From Sphagnum compactum (lineage: Eukaryota): 64,000 nt of DNA. The notes under the pieces were generated by a model. The model did not search any database. It was given only the letters and a program-made list of their open reading frames with translations, and had not been told where the DNA came from. Of the stretch, positions 38,501-51,039 are shown piece after piece (position 1 is the stretch's first letter; each line of letters begins with the position of its first letter). Both the position numbers and the translations under genes were made by a program. Location of the stretch: NCBI GenBank assembly GCA_965153455.1, contig OZ234493.1, positions 5,022,001 through 5,086,000 of the forward strand, read 5' to 3'.

Positions 38501-41500
38501 TAATAGTCTTGACATGTATCCATGATTTCCACATCTGTGGTTTTCATAGATTGAATTGTCTCCGTAAACTAATTGTTCCTATTGAAAACAATTATGGCTC
38601 TATAGCAAAGATGATATCTTTTTTTTCAATTGTGATGCCATTCTGATAATCATAACACAATAACATTTATGGTCTTCTTACTTCACCTCCCAAATGTTTG
38701 GTGACTATAACTGTTCTGATTGTCCCATTCCCTTGTATGGTAACAATGTTATTCCCCCAATCATGTGCCACTTTAACATCCTTCAACCATGGTCTCCCAA
38801 CAACATGGAATAACTAGATTCTACCACACTATTTTGAAGTATAATAAACATAATTATGTAAGGAATGTCATGAACATATATCTTCAAATCTCTAATCAAC
38901 CCCATTGGTTTTGTGGTTGTTTAATTTGCCATCCTCATATTATATGGTGCAAGTTTAGGCTTTGGAAGCCCCAACCTTAATCTCAATTGTTTTGTGATAA
39001 TATTAACTCCAAAACCTCCATCTAGTAACACATCCTTTATTATATTCTTCCTAATCTATACTTGAATAATTGCCATATGATTATCTATTGCTACAACAAT
39101 TATCCCTACCTCTGGTACTGAAAAACCAACTTGTTTATATGTGGTTGCTCTACTTACATTTTGAATTTTCTCTATGCTTTTGCCAAAATTACATCTTTAG
39201 CTCATCAACTATTTTAAACAATTGTCCCAAGCTCAAAATATAACTTGTTTCTAACTTCTGCAAACCAATATTTAGAAAATATCTTCTACTATGATCAGTT
39301 TTTCTTGTGAATGCACTACTTCCTGAGATTTATTTATTTCCAAAGAAATAGTATTTGGCATAACCAGCCAAGTTGTGTTCCATCCCTCCATGGATGTGGA
39401 TGGCCCTTTTGTTTGGGTTTGTGTTTTTTGAATTTGTTAAATTGTCTCCACCATTGACTTCTTTAGCCATTCTTCTTTCTCCTAATCAACAACAGTATTT
39501 GTTTTTGTTGGCTCTCTATCCTTGAACACATGTTCTTTAGTTACTTTACTTCTTATGGTAACATTAACATCCACCACACTCGCATCTACAGTGACTGTTT
39601 GAGTTTCAACAACAAGTTGAACCTCTGTTATTGCCATAGATTTCCCATGAAACATCTTTTGCATCTCAACAAACTTTGGACAATTTGTCATTTTATGTCC
39701 ATTCAAATGACAAATGTGGCATGCATATGAAAATGTCTTCTATGGTTTTTGACTTGGTTGTGCTACCTCTGTGGTTGCCACCATGGTGTCCTCTTTCTTC
39801 TTTCTACATGTCTCCACATTGTGATTCGTCATCCCATAGTTTGTGCAATGTTTATCAGTCTTCCCTGTATTACTTTGAATTTTTGCTGGTGCTACCGGTT
39901 TCGTACTATGTGGTGGTACTATGTGGTACTAAAAGTGCACTCCTTGCTTTTGTAATATTCATGCCTTCTTCACACAACATTGTCGCCTCCTTATGTTGTT
40001 GTAGTGTTGAATGCTTCATCCATACAATTGTAATTTTAAAGCATGATTTTAAACATGTTCTAAACATATTAGTTAGAAAATTGTTTGTGGTTGGTATTAT
40101 AAATCATGAGCCAACTATTGAATCCGCTCATAGTAAGCCTCCACCCTCTCAGTCTCCTAATGTTTCATACTTTAACTCCATGTATATTTGCTTGTCATTC
40201 TAAGTCTTTCGATGATGTTTGCAAAATGCATGTGTAAGCTTTGAAAAAATACAATTAGGGAATTCTGACATGTAATTCTGACACCAGTTTGATGTTGTAT
40301 CTTTTTACATATAGCTAAACGCATTGATGATATACTCTTCAAAAGACTCTACATTTGCTTTTACTACAAAATTGAACAATTTGATATGAGCATCTAAATC
40401 AACATCTTTTTTGAAATCAAGATATTTAAGAGCTACCCCTATTAAACCTAACATAATGACCATCTCTATGATCAGGAATTGGTGCAATTATAAGAAATGG
40501 TTTTCCTTATCCTCCTCTTAGATTCATTGCATCTGCACTTATGTGTCTTCCAACAGCCATTAAACTTATCAATGGTCGATTTGTAGTCCTATTCACATCA
40601 GCAGTCATTATCAAATTGGTAAACACCATTTGAGGTGTCCCAACAACTCCAATAGTTATTGTTGGTAATGTCAAACTCCCACTTAGTTTCCTTCCTACCG
40701 AAACTCCACCCAATTGTGAGGTGATTTTCTGTCCCTTTACTCCCGGTTCTATGAGGTGACTATACTTGAAAGTACATATGCCCCCGGTGGAGGAAAAAAT
40801 GCAAGTGTGTTTCCAGATGTTAAGTTGCGTTTGTAATTGAAATCAAGTAGCTTACTTCCTATGCATGATTTACGATTTAGAATTGATAGATATATCTTCC
40901 AAGCTCGAACACTCCAAATCCTAGAATTTTGTGTTAAATTGTCACTCATTCAAATCAACTTTTAAGGATTCAACACCATGTTCAATTTAACAACAAACCA
41001 CCAGTCACTTAAATATTGCTCTTATCGCATATGTTGTCCAAATCAAGCTTGCTTTAACTCATTAGGAAGCTAAGTACAAGGCGTATATGCCTACCAAATT
41101 CCAAGCTCTGCCCCCCAACCAATAAGAAGTTATGTTACCAAACCCGAGAGGGTTTCATGAAGGCAGAAAGTTCAACTTGGCTGCATACCACCAGTCATTT
41201 AAAATATTACTCCTATCACATATGTTGTTCAAATCAAACTTGCCTTAACTCATTAAAAAGTAGCTACAAAGTGCCTTTGTTTACCAAATTGCAGGCTCTA
41301 CACCTAAACTAGTAAGAAGTTGTGCTATCAAACCCAAGAGGGTTTGTGAAATTCCTCTAAAATTTCAAGCTCCCAACACTATCCTCCTCACTTCTATTCT
41401 TTCGAAGTACTCTAAACATCTAACCCACTCTTCCTCTTTCCACCATTTACTATTCCTCCTTCTCCCCCCCTTCCCAAGACTAGTAACACAAGAAGAAGAC

Positions 41501-44500
41501 CCCCCTTGAGCTTGTTCTCTTTGTCCAATGGAAATTGTGAAAATCCTTCCCTCCAATCCATGTCCTCCTCATCCTTCAAGACCCAATGAGAATCCAGAAT
41601 GATTTGCCTTCTAATGGAGTTTAGGATGAAGATTCTTGTGCCCAATGAAACACCAAGAGGGTTCCATCTTTTAATCAAATAAGATGATAATCTTCATGAC
41701 CAATGGAATTGAAAGACTCATCCATTTCCTTATCTTGGACATCTTGATGAGGTTCTTAAACTCGATCCTTATCCACTCCGTCCATTTGACTTTCACATCC
41801 TACTTTTTCATTTTAATTATTTCAAGTAACTAATTACTAGGATAATTTATCGATAGTAATAAGTAAACATCTTTGAGCTCCTACTTGACTAAATCAACTC
41901 AATGGTAGTAGTAACATTTCGGTGTACCATTTACTCTTTTAATATCCCCTAGTTATTATTTACCAGGTAGTAATTAATTGTGTAATACACAATAAATTGG
42001 AATAAAAATTTCCATCACAAGAACCCCCATGTACTTCTAGATCCACCGTCGAAACAGGGTTTGACGAATCCATTAGAACTATGATGTTCGCGTTTTCATG
42101 AAGTTTTGTCATCATTGTCACACATTACGCCTACCCTAATTTGTTAGTTAAAGGCATCGACCCTCTCTGAATGCAAGTACCAAATTGTTCCGGCTACTCC
42201 TTTGGTTTTTATTGATGTAGGTGAAGATTTAATCATGACAGATGATGTTGTTACGCCCTTGAATCCTCAAATTGCGCCAGTAGAAAAGGAAGAGCTTGAA
42301 GAAACACCGCTTGATGTGAATGTCTCCCAACGGCTGCGTGACGACACTCGGCATGGGATCATTGATTGTCTCCTAACTCACATTCTTTAGCGATTTACTT
42401 AGAATTTGTTCCCGCTCGTGGAACTACGCCAGAAAGGTCTGAAAAATGTCAATGTGAAGAGGACGATGTTCGTTTTCACTGTCGAACTTGGGTTCCTGGT
42501 GATGGCCATTATTGTTGGTTATGAGGCCCAATCAACCCCCTTTCCATGGAGCATCGAGCTGAATACCTAGCTCGCACCATTCGTTGCATTTTGGATTTGT
42601 TGCAATTGTGATTTATCCCCTCTAAATCGTTTATTAAATTGTAATTCATTTGAGGCTACTTAGGTGGAAATGTTAGGATTCAATTTGATTTCGATTATAT
42701 TTAGGGACCTAATAGAAGTGAAGATTGAGTAAGGGTGTACTAGGATTACATCATAAAAATCTTACAAGCACATCATTAGTGCTTGAAGATTATTCTAGAA
42801 AACTAATTTAATATTATCATGGCGAAATGTTGTGTTAATCATGGGCTTGAAGATTGTTCTATCTCTATTGGACCTTTCATTGACACCTCTTCAACTACTT
42901 CATGAATCTCAACATCCTTGCTACCCATTAAATATTAAAACAAGACCAATGTTGTGCTGAACACCACGAATTTTGGTGTCTGCTTCCACTCCCAATTCTC
43001 TAAAGATCTCTCACCCTTAATTACACAATTGAGGTCTTAAAACTATGGTTATCAACTTTTTGTTGAAGAAAGGAACTAACCCAACACCTTATTCACCAAT
43101 ATCATATTTCAGAAAAGAAAACAACCCCCCCACACAACCATGCGCATTCATCATTCCTTATTCTACCCTGAAGTCGTTAAAAACCCTTAATAACCTTACC
43201 ACACTCGACTATCCTTGATGCAACTCTTAAAAATTGAAACTACCGCACATGGTTGTGTCGGTATGGCTCACACCAATCCACTACCCAATTTTGTTGCAAA
43301 TCCAATTAGTACTCCCCTTCTAACAACATCCATGGTGGGCTCAACAACCATTTCAACTGATGTGGTTGGTATACCACCATCAAGTGATTAGGTAACTACT
43401 ACTCTAGTAGGTTGTCTCTAAGTTTCAACAACTACCACTTTTGACACGATTGGTGAAGTTGTGTTGACTTGAGGTCAACAATGTTCCATTCTATGTTTAC
43501 CTACTAGTGTCCTCTATGGTGCAAAATGTGAATGTGAATACACTTTTGGTTCTCTGTTCCTAGTTTGAATAGATGGACAAATCTATCAACTCTGTGGTCC
43601 CAATTGGCTTCCCAACTCCATGCCTCCCAATGTGTTATGGACTACATGAATTCCTGGTTCATGTTCTTGTGGTTGATCCATTAATGTTCATGCCACATTC
43701 TGTAACTCCACATGTCTAACAATACCTGCTTTGATGTGAAAAGGCACAAAAGGAGAATCCATGATTACATGTCCTTCCTCACAGAATGCATTGACCCTTG
43801 AAAGTAATCTAACTACTTCTGAATCTACAAATTCATGATCCCGTGTTTCGGTTGTATACCTTGTTTGATCCAACTCTGGATTCCTTTGATGTGAGTGTGA
43901 TTATGGTACTTCATCTAACACATTCACATGTGCCTTTGCATATTCAGATGATTGTAGGCAATTTTCCTTAGTCTCCTCAACCACATCGATATTGGTGTTT
44001 TCTTCCACCTCCCAATCTTCCACTAGTTCATAGTAATTTGGAAGTGTAGGTTAATACACAAACATGGGTTGTATACCTCATGTAACATCCCTTCTTCAGT
44101 TATTCACCGACCCTAAATTTGAGATTTCTTGCAGTTGATCAGGTATTGCAAAAGTCCATGCTCCGTCTTAAACTTTTTAATTCTGAACCATAGATTACGA
44201 CTAAAAAGTATACTACACCCACTCATTTGGGTGAAGAGTTGACTGCATCTTTTTCTATGGAGATCGTCGTTTATAACTATGTTTTCTCTAAAGAGCCTTA
44301 GTCCATACTTCACGTCATACCACTTGTGGTACAAACAACCTATGCCTTGCAAGCCTTTCCAATATTATTAAAACTCATATGTCCAACATTAGATTCCAAT
44401 GGGGTTTCTATAAGCCCTACATGCTCCTCTCCATTTTTAAGATTATCTTCTATTTCTCTTTCAATAACTTGTTGATTTGCCTCCAAATTCGATTATTGCT

Positions 44501-44600
44501 ATAAACTTCATGTCACCATCCAATTCATCTTGTTTCACAATTATTGATCTTCAAAATTTGTAGATCACTTTGTAGTCCTTATGGCATCAACCGCTTAAAC
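35571..44600 (-). mobile_element. Decayed Ty3/gypsy LTR-retrotransposon internal region (second copy, related to 15700-24579)
   Basis: On the minus strand: CCHC-like ORF (43688-43873), gag (40305-40487 and below), protease VLLDGG (~39020), RT (ORF 37899-38222; FLDD ~37630), RNase H (FHVHTNAS, YASRLL ~37110-37220) and integrase (WGLYFVGP ~36400, [15 protein letters not shown] ~36200). Outer boundary approximate. Confidence 0.85.
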
Positions 44601-45935
44601 CTTTAATACTTTCTTACATACCCCTTTAAATTTTGAATTGAAAAAACAACACTACTCGTCTAAAAACTCTCATCTATAATATAAATTGTAAGAACCCTTC
44701 TTTATTGTTAAAAAACAAAAAAATTCCCCACGAGATGGTCGCCAAATGGTAGAAGTGAAATTTAATTCTTGTAGAATTATTCCACACTATTATAATAACA
44801 TATTTACATTTCACTTGCATACATTCACTGTTTAATCCTTGATTCTCAACAAACTTAGCAAGGCCATTCATTAAAACACCAGATTCATGGTTATTTCATA
44901 TAACCAGAATTTACATTTTAAAATACATTATGTAAAAGCTCCAGAAAACAATATTACAATTCATTTCATCATATTCTGATAATACAAAAAAATCACACAA
45001 CGATTTAAACATAGAATTCATTATAGAAGTTTATGATTTTTTGTATTACTGAAAACACGAATCAAAATTACAACACAATCCCATGTTTTGTTGAAAAAAA
45101 TCAAAACAACAATTAAAATATGTGGTATGTCAAAACAAAATTTGTGGTTTTCTACTACAAAGTCCCTAGGACTCCTCCCACTCTTCCAAAATTGTCTAAG
45201 AATCTCCCCTCTTTCCTAGATCTTCCCTCTTTGGGTAGTCCCAAGTCACATCATCATGATTCAAAACCAACAAGAATTCAAAATTCAAAACTACAATGTT
45301 CCATGAGCAATCCCTATTCATCCAAATCATGTAATTATCCTACCCCCTTAATAAGGCCACCATGTTAAAAACCATTTAAAAGGTTTTCCTTACAACAATT
45401 TAAAAAATCAACATTTTTATGCCTTTTATGGACTTTGTAAAATATTTCAAGGGCTACATATTTGATGTTATGAAACACAAATAACAATGTTTCATTCACT
45501 AAATGGACCTTTAATGTCCTAAACTTCAAATATTTTATATCCCAAAATTTCAGATACGTTACATAAACACATTGTGAAATAGAAGTCCATATCCAAGATT
45601 TAATAATTTGTGACATTCTGCTTCACCAAAATTGTAAAATCCATTACTAATTAAACATTCATGATTTTGATGTGTTTTTTTTATGTTTATAAACTTCATG
45701 TGTTAACTTCACATAAGTGAATACCTTTTCATTATATTCAGCAAAAGTTAAGAATTGTATGCAATAACATTTTTCAAATCCAAACAAAATTACCACTACG
45801 ACTTCCATAATGGTCCATTATAGTATGCAACCACCCAAGATGTGCATGATAGTCGAAAGAAATGATCGATCAACAATTGAAGGAAAAAGAAAATTAACAT
45901 TGTTTATAATAAATTGTGGAACAATACAAGTGCTA

Positions 45936-47420
45936 CATTATGAGAAATTGTGTTTGTCGAAACCACATTACCCTACAACTATATTTAAAAAATAACTCAT
46001 ACAATTGTTGTGCAACTATCCCTTGGGTATTACAATTACTATGCAATTATCCCTTTAGAAATAGGATGTATTAATAAATAAATTGCCACGTTAGAAAATT
46101 AGTTAGTTGTATTATAATACAAGTGAGTTGAAAATGGGTCTTCTATATGGTAATTTATACAAATCGTACATACATATGTAGTCAACCATGTTTAATTTTT
46201 TCAGGAGTTGCATTGTAATTGCATGTGCCAACTACTTTAAAACTTTTATAAATGTGTCATTAAAGCAACAATTATGTTGCAATAATGTGTATTGTACATA
46301 CATGCGATCATGCCACATGTCCACATTTCCACCACCCATTATGGGATACATTTGTAATTAGTTTTCAATTATGATTACCATTGATACAATTAGTATGGCC
46401 ACTAGTGCATTACCACCAAAGTACTATTGTTCAACTATGTTATGACTACAATACAACTACTTATAACTTAATAAGGATACATATTCATCAATTATTTATA
46501 TTTTCATCATATGTGTTTCATTTTGAATGATTTAAAATGTTATGGGAACACTACCTCAACTTTATTCTAGAATCATCTTTGAAGTGTAAAGGAAAATGAG
46601 TAATGAAAAAATACAAGAAGAGAAATAAGCTTTCCAACTTACAAAACACGTTTTTTTTCCCTTTTTTTTTCTCTTTGGATCCCTCCTACTTTCAAACCTC
46701 ATAACTTTCTTATTTCTTATTCATTTAAAATGATTTAAAGTGTTATGGGAGCGCCACCTAAAGTCCTACAAATCATATTTGAATTTTAATAGCAATAGAG
46801 CAACATACAAGGAATTTTGTTGGTGTTTGGGAACTAGTCTTTGTAGCATTGGGTGGTTTGTTTTTTTGAGTTATTGAACCCCTCTACTTTGAGGGGCCAT
46901 AACTTTCTCAATTTTATTCCATTTTTTGACAATTTTAATGCACTAGATGTGCCAATAGGAGGGGTTCAAGTTTTGTTTAAACACCAAAAACAATGGAACC
47001 TTCCCCTTGAATCTGGCATGCCTTGAACGCTTAAGTGTTATAGTTGCAACTCAATTTGTAACTAATGAACACAATAAAAGATTTAAACCCATATGCTTTA
47101 TCTTTGAATTCCATTACAAACTATATAAAGAAGACTTTTTCTCTTGTGTTTTCACATTCAAATACATGTGCCATTTTGAGATTAACTTAAAAAAGCTTAA
47201 CCAAAAAACAAAACATAAAACTTAAAAATAAAATTTCATAATTATTCTTTAGTGCATTTATTCTTGTGTTTTTTTACCTACTTACCTACCTAGGTAAATA
47301 AAAAATAGTAAGGTAGGTCATACATAATCATAGGTAGGTAGGTTGGTAGGTCTTAAGACCTACATACCTACATATTTACCTAGGACCTACCTACTTACAT
47401 AGGTAGGTAGAAAAATAGTA
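45936..47420 (+). mobile_element. Truncated second copy of the 21337-23278 CACTA-type element
   Basis: Starts CATTATGAGAAAT (versus CACTATGAGAAAT) and is colinear with 21337-~22780, e.g. CATGTCCACATTTCCACCACCC and CCCTCCTACTTTCAAACCTCATAACTTTC. Right terminus missing. Confidence 0.85.
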
Positions 47421-50400
47421 ATAGCTAACAACAAGGAAATGTATAAGGTATGGAAGATGTTCACATGGAAATGGACCAGGCCATCAACCTAGCCACATGG
47501 AATTCACAGGGTGAAAAATGCACCAAATTAAATACTTCCAATTTGTGTAGTCTCCAATTAATGTACATAGATGTTTAGATTGTTCACGTGATGGTTTAAC
47601 TATTCTCACTACATAATTAAAGACCTCTTGTACATCTAAATATCAATTGAAGTTTGGAATATGTATTGAGTGTTTCACACATGATATGAAGGTCTATGTA
47701 GGAATGCAATGAAGTTTATGAATAATAGTTGCCAGAGGGCATGAATTGGACACATGGCATGTAAACAAAAATGCAAACAAAAAATGGCATGAAGCCACAT
47801 TAGGCCCAAGGGGTAGTGAAGTGATTATAATTACTTGTTACACATACCACACATGACACAAGTAGGAAACATAATTGTTCTACCAATTATAAATGTTTTA
47901 GTGTAATTAGTCCCATTCAAATGGTCCAAAGAAAGTTAGATAGTTTTGAAGAAGCCATTGCATGTAGTAATTAAATAATGACCTTATAAATATATGGACT
48001 TTGGGAGATGTTTACAACTTTGTAACATTGCACACATAGAGTCTAGTATCTTTTGGTGAGCTTCCAAGTATTAATCAAAGAAAACAAGGTTTAAGTTGAA
48101 TTGTTCATTTGCACCATGTCACAATATCCATATCTAAGTATCATGTCGAACACCGTGAGATTTGGATTTTACCCATTAATAGAAAGAAAAGAGCTAAAGA
48201 GTATAGATGTAGAGTTTTAGGCACAAGTTGGGTACTAGGCATCTTTTAACCACTTGCAAGATTACAAGATATATGGGATAGTGATGAAAATGTTTTGTTC
48301 AAAGTTTTTGAATAGCTTATGACAACCTCCTGGAAACAATCCATGGCCAAAACACCCAACAAATCAAAAGTGTAGAACACAATGTCACAAACAATGTGAC
48401 TACTTGCTTGAATTTCAAGCTCAAAGGAAAATAAACGAGTCAATCTCGCTTTGAAAGTGGTTGAGGAACGTTTTGAATGCTAAAGATAATGTATATTAAA
48501 CACCAATACTCACTTAAAATAGAGAGTTGGATCTTCTAGTATTAGCTAATAATATACTAAAAGTGATGTGGAAGAGGAGAGCTCCCCACCATACCTAGAA
48601 GTCGCAGTGATGGACTTAGAAGAGGAGATGACAATTTCGAAGGACACCACCCCGACAACTACACCACCATTTGCAATGGGTTCCAAAAAACTAAACAATC
48701 CACCAATGGCACTTGGTTTGATTCAATATGTTTGGAACAGAGTTTAGCAACGCCTTTAAAATTGGAAATTACTTGAAGCCTAACAAGGGAAGAGTTTCGA
48801 ATAACTATGTGTAACGATTAACAACTATTTGTGGATAGGGAACTTTGAGGCTATGATGCATGAAGAGATATATTTTGCATGACAAAAATGTTTTTTCAAC
48901 TTATATGCATTTTTGAGTTTATATGTTTACTACCTTTGAATATAACATTTGGGGAGAAAAAAACTACTATGAAAATGCATAGGTTAATTGATGTAGAGGA
49001 TATTATTGGTGTCAAAATGGGCATCACATTTTGAGATATTTGACACAAGTGATATCCCAAATTTTGCATTTCATTTCCTTTATGATAAAAAAGGATTTGA
49101 AATAATTGAGTGTCATGTACAAAGAACAATAAAACATTGGATGAAAACATAAAATAACAAAAGAGCCTGGGAGGATGAGCTAACAAAATGACAACGAATG
49201 TAAACAAATTTTTTTAATCATAGATAGGCAAAGAAATTTTTAAAATTATGGAAAATATTTTAAAATTCTTGCATTGAATCTGGAACACTTGACCTAAAGC
49301 TACCTTTTATAATCAATTGTTGTAAAAGATAGTCAAGTTGAATGGGAAAAACACGTTAAACCAAGATAAAGCTCCATTGGAAAAAAATTGATAATGGGAG
49401 AAAATCAAATATTATTTTGCAGCAACTCAAACCATTGAAGAAACATTCCACAAGCTTGATTAAAAGAACTTTGGAGACCATTGGCAGAGACATTGCAATC
49501 CTATTATGGAGCCTTTAAACAATAAATCTAAAGAGTTAAAATAAGAATTATGAAATAATAGAACCAACAGAACACTCTCAAGAAGTGTATCAAGTAGTGA
49601 AATATTGCATATAGAAAGGAAAAACTTGTTTTTATCATTTAAAACTAGGTTTAATGTCTAGGTGAAATCATTGATTTATTGGAAACTCTATATTTGGGAT
49701 TTAAAACATAAGTAGATGTAGCGAGTGCATATAAATACCAGCATTCAAAGCTATTATCTTGATTTTTTTAAACAAAAGATCTATATTTCAATACTAATTA
49801 TGTATCCATTGACATCAATGTTTGAATATCTATGCAAAAATTGAAAATGAATTCATGGAACATATTAGACAATTTAAGAATCTGGAAAATTAGGAGGAAT
49901 TTACGTTGGCTCAAGCGTCATTACTAGAAAGCAATAAGGAGGATCATAATTCACATTGGAAGATTTTACAAAATGGGAAATCGAATATCATAGAGGTTTT
50001 AAAGGAATAGTTTATTGAAAGCATTTATCTGATCCCAATAGAGAATGCATAAGAGAAACTGTTACAATATGGGATAGAAAATAAAAGTAATGAACTCCTT
50101 GAAGTCGACCATGAATCACATACTCTAACTGATAGTCATCTCCTTAAGGATGAAGCATTAATCATTACATAGAGCGATACTATAGAATTTAGGGACAAAC
50201 TAACAATGTATTGAAATTGTGTAGTGGAATAGAAATGAAAGTATGAAATGCATTCAACATTAGACTCTTTTGGCAATCCATTAACAATAGTGGAATGCTT
50301 ATCCATTATTAAAACTAACTTCATAATACCTTTGAACCTATTGCCAAAAAATTGTATATTTGAGGTTTTTTCAAGTTTTCATTATCCTAAGTAGAACTTT

Positions 50401-51039
50401 TCAGATGGCTTTAAATATATTCTTCCTCATGCCTTGTTGATTTGTCTCCAAATTGTAGAAATTACAAATGTATATTAATGCAAAAAAAAATTGATCAAAA
50501 AATCAAAACCTACTAACATCTTGAAAATATTTACAAGTATAAAATTATTCGAAAATGAGGCCAAAAGTATAGGATGCACAAGAGAAAGGAAGATACGCAC
50601 AAAAGAAAGGAAATTTTCAAAAATTCAAGAGAAACGACTCAAATCACTACCACTCTAAAAACAAATAGAAAATGAAAGCTAGTTATTCCATTTAATACAA
50701 GCGTAATACAATCAAACGTATAAAAAGTCCAAAAATGTCCTAAACATTAATTCTCTCATTCTATCATCAATGAATTTCTCAACACCGGCATGGTAACAGG
50801 TCTTAGGCTTTAGAGATGGGGGGATGGAGCATAGGTCTGCCAATGCAAGTTTGGAAGCCACCTTAACATATAAAGGCAAGATAAAGCTCTAATGGGGACT
50901 TTGAAGGAAATCAGGATGTGCGAAGAATGACACATATCATCTTCTCGATCGAGTGCCTTCTTTATAGACTAGATCATTAGAAAGAGGTAAAAACATTAAA
51001 ATAATTGAGATGCATAAATAAAAAGGATGTGGCCAGACT

